DNA from: Octopus sinensis
Lineage: Eukaryota
Direction: 5' to 3'
NCBI RefSeq assembly: GCF_006345805.1
Contig: NW_021826645.1
Location: 1 to 12,142 of the forward strand
DNA: 12,142 nt
Positions 7,681-12,142 of this stretch are shown here, in pieces. The notes below the pieces were generated by a model. The model had not been told where the DNA came from. It ran no database searches and was given only the letters and a program-made list of their open reading frames with translations. Position 1 is the first letter of the stretch. Each line of letters starts with the position of its first letter. Made by a program: the position numbers and the translations under genes.

Positions 7681-7734
7681 ATATATTATATCTATATATA
7701 TATATATATATAATATATATATATTATATATATA

Positions 7735-7773
<39 letters not shown>
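7681..7773. repeat. (TA)n microsatellite
   Basis: Direct reading. Confidence 0.95.
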
Positions 7774-7774
<1 letters not shown>

Positions 7775-7872
7775 CGGAAGCTTATGATGAAAATAAACAA
7801 AAGACGAAGGCAGGTGGAAAACAAACGAACAATTGTATTAGTATGGCGCTCAGGAAATATAAATAAAACAAG

Positions 7873-7910
7873 TCTTTAACGTTTCGAGCCTACGCTCTTC
7901 AACAGAAAGA
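7873..7910 (-). ncRNA. Minimal type I hammerhead-ribozyme-like motif with a variant core
   Basis: Revcomp TCTTT-CTGTTGA-A-GAGC-GTAG-GCTC-GAAA-CG-T-T-AAAGA. Stem I TCTTT/AAAGA, core CUGUUGA, stem II GAGC/GCTC, GAAA, and palindromic ACGT in place of stem III. Confidence 0.65.
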
Positions 7911-8070
7911 TACACAGAGAGAGAAAAACACAGAAAGAAGGAGAGAAAAAAATGCCGTGCAGTAGCTAACGATCAAACATGGCGATCTGATTTCGGCCAG
8001 AGGTCAAAGATCAAACATGAGACGCGAGAGCGAAATAAGGGGAGATAATAGGGTTGAGGGACCAGCTAAA

Positions 8071-8405
8071 AGTGCGTGGGAGGGGTCTGGATGTGTATGT
8101 ATAGGGTTGGTGTATGTATTAGTATGTATAAGGGTGTGTGTGTGTGGTGTGTGTGTATGAGAGAGTATCAGTGCGTGGGATTGGTCTGGACGTGCGTATG
8201 TATGGGGTTGGTGTATGTATTAGTATGTATTAGTATGTATTAGTACGTATTGGTATGTATAGGTGTGTGTGTGTGTGGTGTGAGAGAGTATAAGTGCGTA
8301 TGCGGGGTCTGGACGTGTGTATGTATAGGGTTGGTGTAAGTATTAGTATGTACTAGTATGTATTAGTACGTATTAGTATGTATTAGTGTGGTGTGTGTAT
8401 TAGTA
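8071..8405. repeat. Three diverged tandem copies of a 100-125 bp unit with internal (TATTAGTATG)n
   Basis: Units start with AGTGCGT...GGTCTGGA at 8071, 8170 and 8293. The copy number of the 10-mer differs between units. Confidence 0.85.
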
Positions 8406-8448
8406 TGGCACATCATATGTGATGTGATGTGTAAAGTCATGTGTTGTA

Positions 8449-8762
8449 GTGAGGAGAAGAGGGGGAGGGGAGAAGAGGGGGGAGAAGGGGAGGGAAGGAA
8501 GAAGAGGGGGAGGGGAGGGTGAAGAGGAGAGGATGGGGAGAAGGAGGGGAGGAGAGGATGAAGGAGGAAAGAGGGAGAGGGGGAGAGAGAAGGGGAGAGA
8601 GGGAGTGAGGGAGCAGAGGGAAGAGGAAGAGGGAGGGAGAAAGAGGGAAGAAGGGAAGGGGAGTAGGGTTGAAAGGATGAAGGACTGAGAAGTGGGGGTC
8701 GGGGGGAGAAAGGATAGGTGAGGAGGGGGAGGAGGGGGGTTAGATGAGGAAGGGGGGAGAGT
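8449..8762. repeat. Nearly pure polypurine (G/A) low-complexity tract
   Basis: Direct reading; many runs of three or more G. Confidence 0.95.
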
Positions 8763-8891
8763 GAGACCAAATGGCGTATAAGAGCGAAGAGAGAAGATTA
8801 ATTCCTGTTCACGGCGCAAACGGAATCCGGATGGCCTCTGTGTAAGGACAAACCGAACACAGATAGGTGTTGCAAGGAGTGACCGGTGGAG

Positions 8892-8894
<3 letters not shown>
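8763..8894 (-). pseudogene. C-terminal remnant of a GIY-YIG endonuclease domain (Penelope type)
   Basis: Reads RSTGHSLQHLSVFGLSLHRGHPDS / (1-nt frameshift) LRREQELIFSLRSYTPFGL. This resembles the H...REx.xI..LxT..PxGLN ending of Penelope ORFs. Confidence 0.7.

Positions 8895-8927
<33 letters not shown>
8895..8927. repeat. (AT)n microsatellite directly upstream of tRNA-His
   Basis: Direct reading. Confidence 0.95.
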
Positions 8928-8933
<6 letters not shown>

Positions 8934-8939
8934 CACGTA

Positions 8940-9011
8940 GCCGTGATCGTCTAGTGGTTAGGACCCCACGTTGTGGCCGTGGTAACCCAGGTTCGAATCC
9001 TGGTCACGGCA
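8940..9011 (+). tRNA. tRNA-His-GTG: tRNA-His(GTG), intact, intronless
   Basis: 72 nt. Acceptor GCCGTGA/TCACGGC (7/7), D arm GTCT/GGAC, anticodon stem CCACG/CGTGG with loop TT-GTG-GC, T arm CCAGG-TTCGAAT-CCTGG, discriminator A. No encoded CCA or G-1, as expected in eukaryotes. Confidence 0.97.
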
Positions 9012-9017
9012 GTCTAC

Positions 9018-9026
9018 TTTAATTTT
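9018..9026 (+). terminator. Probable RNA polymerase III terminator of tRNA-His
   Basis: TTTAATTTT starting 7 nt after the discriminator; T4 at 9023-9026. Confidence 0.7.
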
Positions 9027-9031
9027 AACGG

Positions 9032-9080
9032 CAGTGCATCAGCATGGCCGCAGCTCTGAGCTGAAACTAGAAAAAAAAAA
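9032..9080 (+). mobile_element. Short 3'-terminal fragment related to SINE family A
   Basis: CAGCATGGCCGCAG...CTGAAACTAG followed by an A run; resembles 2637-2670. Confidence 0.5.
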
Positions 9081-9130
9081 ATATATATATATGTATGTAT
9101 GTGTGTGTGTGTATACATATGTGTGTGTTT

Positions 9131-9796
9131 CTTATTTCTTTATTGCCCACAAGGGGCTAAACATAGAGGGGACGAACAAGGACAGACAAAGGGATTAAGT
9201 CGATTACATCGAGCCCAGTGCGTAACTGGTACTTAATTTATCTACCCCGAGAGGATGAAAGGCAAAATCGACCTTGGCGGAATTTGAACTCAGAACGTCA
9301 AGACAGACGAAATACCTGTTTCTTTACTACCCACAAGGGGCTAAACACAGAGAGGACAAACAAGGACAGACACACGGATTAAGTCGATTATATCGACCCC
9401 AGTGCGTAACTGGTACTTATTTAATCGACCACTAGCTCTACCTGCGACGATTTCATCTCAATCGAAGGAGAGGAGCTTTCTCCGTCCGGGTTGCGGATCC
9501 GTGGAACAAGCTGCCAGACGAGATGGTGAAGATGCCGACGACCGCTTTGTTCAAAGCCTCCCTGGACCTCAAGTGGCCTGAACTCTTTACGTGAACACCA
9601 CCCTGTACTTAACTCCATGTCCCCCTACATGGCCTTGCTATTTGCTTTTGAGCCAAATTAACTAACTAACTAACTAACTAATACTAAAGGATGAAAGGCA
9701 AAGTCGACCTCGGCGGAATTTGAACTCAGAACGTAACGGCAGACGAAATACGGCTACGCATTTCGCCCGGCGTGCTAACGTTTCTGCCAGCTCGCC
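9131..9796 (-). mobile_element. Head-to-tail dimer of SINE family B; the first unit is interrupted by a LINE
   Basis: Unit 1 is 9796-9684 plus 9430-9314. Unit 2 is about 9315-9131 and lacks the first ~45 nt. Both align with 241-468. Confidence 0.88.
9431..9683 (+). mobile_element. 3' end of a second CR1-group LINE family, nested in SINE B
   Basis: 9436-9594 reads LYLRRFHLNRRRGAFSVRVADPWNKLPDEMVKMPTTALFKASLDLKWPELFT*, with the FSxRV..WN.LP...FK..LD ending of CR1-type ORF2. (TAAC)n tail at 9659-9681. Confidence 0.88.
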
Positions 9797-9801
9797 GCTT
9801 T

Positions 9802-10197
9802 TATACATATGTGTGTGTTTCTCTGTGTGTCTTTGCGGTTGTATTTGTCCCCTACCGCCGCTTGAGAACTAGTGTTGGTTTGGTTTGTTTATGTCCCGTA
9901 ACCTAGCGGTTCGGCAAAAATAACAAAGAAAAAAAGGAAAAGAAAACACTTTTAGAATGCAAGTACCAGGGTCGATTTGTTCGACTGAAACTCTTTAAGG
10001 TGGTGCCTTCGAAATGGCCGCAGTCCAATGACTGAAACCTGATAAAAGACCAAAGATCTAAAAAGAAAACCTTTTTAAAAGTTGACGGGATGGTCACAGC
10101 TGGAAAGCCTTTGATCACAGCTCAGCTCAGTGGGCTGATATTGGCATAAACAACAACAACAACAACAACACAACAACAACAACAACAACAACAACAA
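9802..10197 (+). mobile_element. Old, diverged 3' half of a family-A-related SINE followed by an extra segment and (CAA)n
   Basis: Shares TTTGTCCCC, TAGCGGTTCGGCAAAA, GGGTCGATTTGTTCGACT and ATGGCCGCAGTCCAATGACTGAAAC with 2460-2679. Whether 10060-10197 belongs to the same element is uncertain. Confidence 0.65.
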
Positions 10198-10224
10198 CAG
10201 CAGCAGCAGCAGCAGCAGCAGCAG
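10149..10224. repeat. Compound (CAA)n(CAG)n microsatellite
   Basis: Direct reading. Confidence 0.95.
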
Positions 10225-10289
10225 TCAGTATCACTATAGAGCTTTATTTTGTACTTTTCCGTCCGTAGCATCTTCAGCCAGCCATGATA

Positions 10290-11050
10290 TTGTTGTCATG
10301 GTGATGCAGGTAGTATTTGTGATGGTAGTGGTGGTAGCGGAGGCAGTGGTGTTGGTTGTAGTAAAGATTAATTGTGGTGGTCGTCGTATGTCAGTGCTTG
10401 TGGCGGCGGCGGTGTTGGTGTTTGAAGTTCGGTGCAGGCGGAGAAAATGATGATAATGATGGTGATGATGATGAGGGTGATGATAGTGGTGGTGGTGGTA
10501 GTTGTGGTGGTGGTTGTGATTATGGTGGTGGTGATGGTGGTGATGATGATGATGATGATGATGATAGTGGTGGTGGTGGTGGTTGTGATTATGGTGGTGG
10601 TGGTGGTGGTGGGTGATGATGGTGGTGATGATGATGATAGTGGTGGTGATTGTGGTGGTGGTTGTGATTATGGTGGTGGTGGTGGTGGTGGTGATGATGG
10701 TGGTGATGATGATGATAGTGGTGGTGATTGTGGTGGTGGTTGTGATTATGGTGGTGGTGGTGGTGGTGGTGATGATGGTGGTGATGATGATGATGATAGT
10801 GGTGGTGATTGTGGTGGTGGTGGTGGTGGTGGTGGTGGTGGTGGTGGTGGTGATGGTGGTGATGATGATGATGATGATAGTGGTGGTGGTGGTGGTGGTG
10901 GTTGTGATTATGGTGGTGGTGGTGGTGGTGGTGATGATGTTGGCAATGGTATTGATAGTAAGGTGAGGGTGTGGTGCTTATCGCGATGGTGGTGGTGGTG
11001 AAGGTGGAGTTGTTGTGGTAGTGTTGGTAATGGTGGCGGTGGTGGTTATT
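10290..11050. repeat. Degenerate (GGT/GAT)n trinucleotide repeat with a 78-bp higher-order unit
   Basis: 10613-10690 and 10691-10768 are identical. Marker TGTGATTAT recurs at 10515, 10584, 10663, 10741 and 10903. Confidence 0.92.
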
Positions 11051-11229
11051 GATGGCGGGAGGGTGGAGAAAAAAAATGACTGGGCGTCGGCGATGGCGTC
11101 GCCGTCAGACGGTTTGGCGTCGGCATGTGAGCGCCTCCCCCCCCCCCGCCGCTCCGCTCGTCGCCCACCGCAACCTTCTGTCGGGGCCACCAATGTGGAA
11201 AAAACACAGCAACACAACCGCTAAATATC

Positions 11230-11467
11230 TGCAACCACCAACACCATCGACGCCGTCAACAACACCATCGTCATGATGAATAATGATGATGATGATGATG
11301 ATGATCACCATTATCAGCATCATCATCATAATCGTCATCATCACCCATCATTATCGTCATCATCATCGTCGTCGTCATCGTCGTACTAGCCATCATAATC
11401 ATCATCGTCCCACCACAATCATCATCGTCATCATTATCGTCATCATCATCATCGCCGCTGCTGCTAT

Positions 11468-11539
<72 letters not shown>

Positions 11540-11905
11540 GCTGCTGCTGATGATGATGATGATGATGATGATACTGCTGCTGCTGCTGCTGCTGCTACTA
11601 CTACTACTACTACTACTACTCTACTACTACTACAACAATCGCCCGCACCACCCTCGTGTCTGCTACCACCACCACTGCCCCCGCCACCCTCACCGCCTCC
11701 ACCGCCTCCGCCGCCCTCGCCGCCTCCGCCGCCTCCGCTGCCCCGCCATTCCCGTCTTCATCATTGCTACCGTCATCATCATCATTATCGTCATAATGAC
11801 TATCATGACCTAATCATCCTCATCGGCATCATTATTACATCACCACCACCATCAGCATCAACATAGCGATCGCAATCAAAATCATCATCATCATCATCAT
11901 CGGCT
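11230..11905. repeat. Mosaic trinucleotide repeats: (CAT/CGT)n, (CTA)n, (CTG)n, (GAT)n, (CCG/CCA)n
   Basis: Direct reading. Confidence 0.92.
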
Positions 11906-11914
11906 GTGTGGGTG

Positions 11915-12142
11915 TGAGTGAGTCTGAGAGTGAGAGATAGAAACAGAAAGTAAGAGGGAGAGAAAGACGATGAGAGAGAGAGAGAGAGAGTGAAGCAGAA
12001 ATACAGGGAGTGTGTCATGTTAGAAAGTATGAGAGGGAGAGGAGTGACAGAGTCTGGGCCTTTTCACTGAAAGAGATAAAGAGGGGAGAGAGAGAGAGAC
12101 AGACAGTGAGAGAAAGAGAGAGGGAGACGTGGGAGAGGAAAG
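11915..12142. repeat. (GA)n-rich low-complexity sequence
   Basis: Direct reading. Confidence 0.88.

Larger units (their letters stand above)
7774..8894 (-). mobile_element. Penelope-like retroelement 3' remnant / pseudo-LTR
   Basis: In element sense: GIY-YIG-like C-terminus (8894-8763), pyrimidine tract, tandem repeats, then a minimal hammerhead-like motif (7910-7873). Bounded by (TA)n on both sides. Confidence 0.75.

Noticed and set aside
8071-8405. Repeat array as a possible CRISPR
   Set aside because: Eukaryotic context, degenerate units, no unique spacers and no cas genes.
8363-8936. 135-aa, 178-aa and 79-aa ORFs as real genes
   Set aside because: Mostly translation of the purine tract and (AT)n. 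Only the short GIY-YIG-like segment at 8763-8894 carries signal.
9421-9618. 65-aa minus-strand ORF
   Set aside because: Antisense to the CR1 ORF2 end, which reads on the plus strand.
10374-11813. Long homopolymeric ORFs (poly-V/M, G/D, I/T/A/L)
   Set aside because: Stop-free by construction in trinucleotide repeats; no start context, splice signals or domain.

Overview
Repeat-dense eukaryotic non-coding DNA with no recognisable host protein-coding gene. The SINE families and microsatellite load resemble an Octopus (coleoid cephalopod) genome; that taxon call is from recall, not a search. The window holds one intact tRNA-His(GTG) gene and one tRNA-Phe(GAA) pseudogene. It also holds about ten tRNA-derived SINE copies of three in-window families (my labels A, B and C), a hAT MITE, an internally deleted Tc1 transposon and an RTE-LINE fragment with an internal inversion. 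There are two CR1-group LINE 3' fragments and a Penelope-like element remnant (GIY-YIG C-terminus plus a minimal hammerhead-ribozyme-like motif). Three clean nested insertions are visible. The last 2 kb is degenerate trinucleotide repeat. The most interesting signals are the variant hammerhead motif, a two-hairpin 3' module shared by SINE families A and B with one compensatory change, and the inverted RTE insertion. Most ORFs in the supplied track are artefacts of simple repeats or SINEs.
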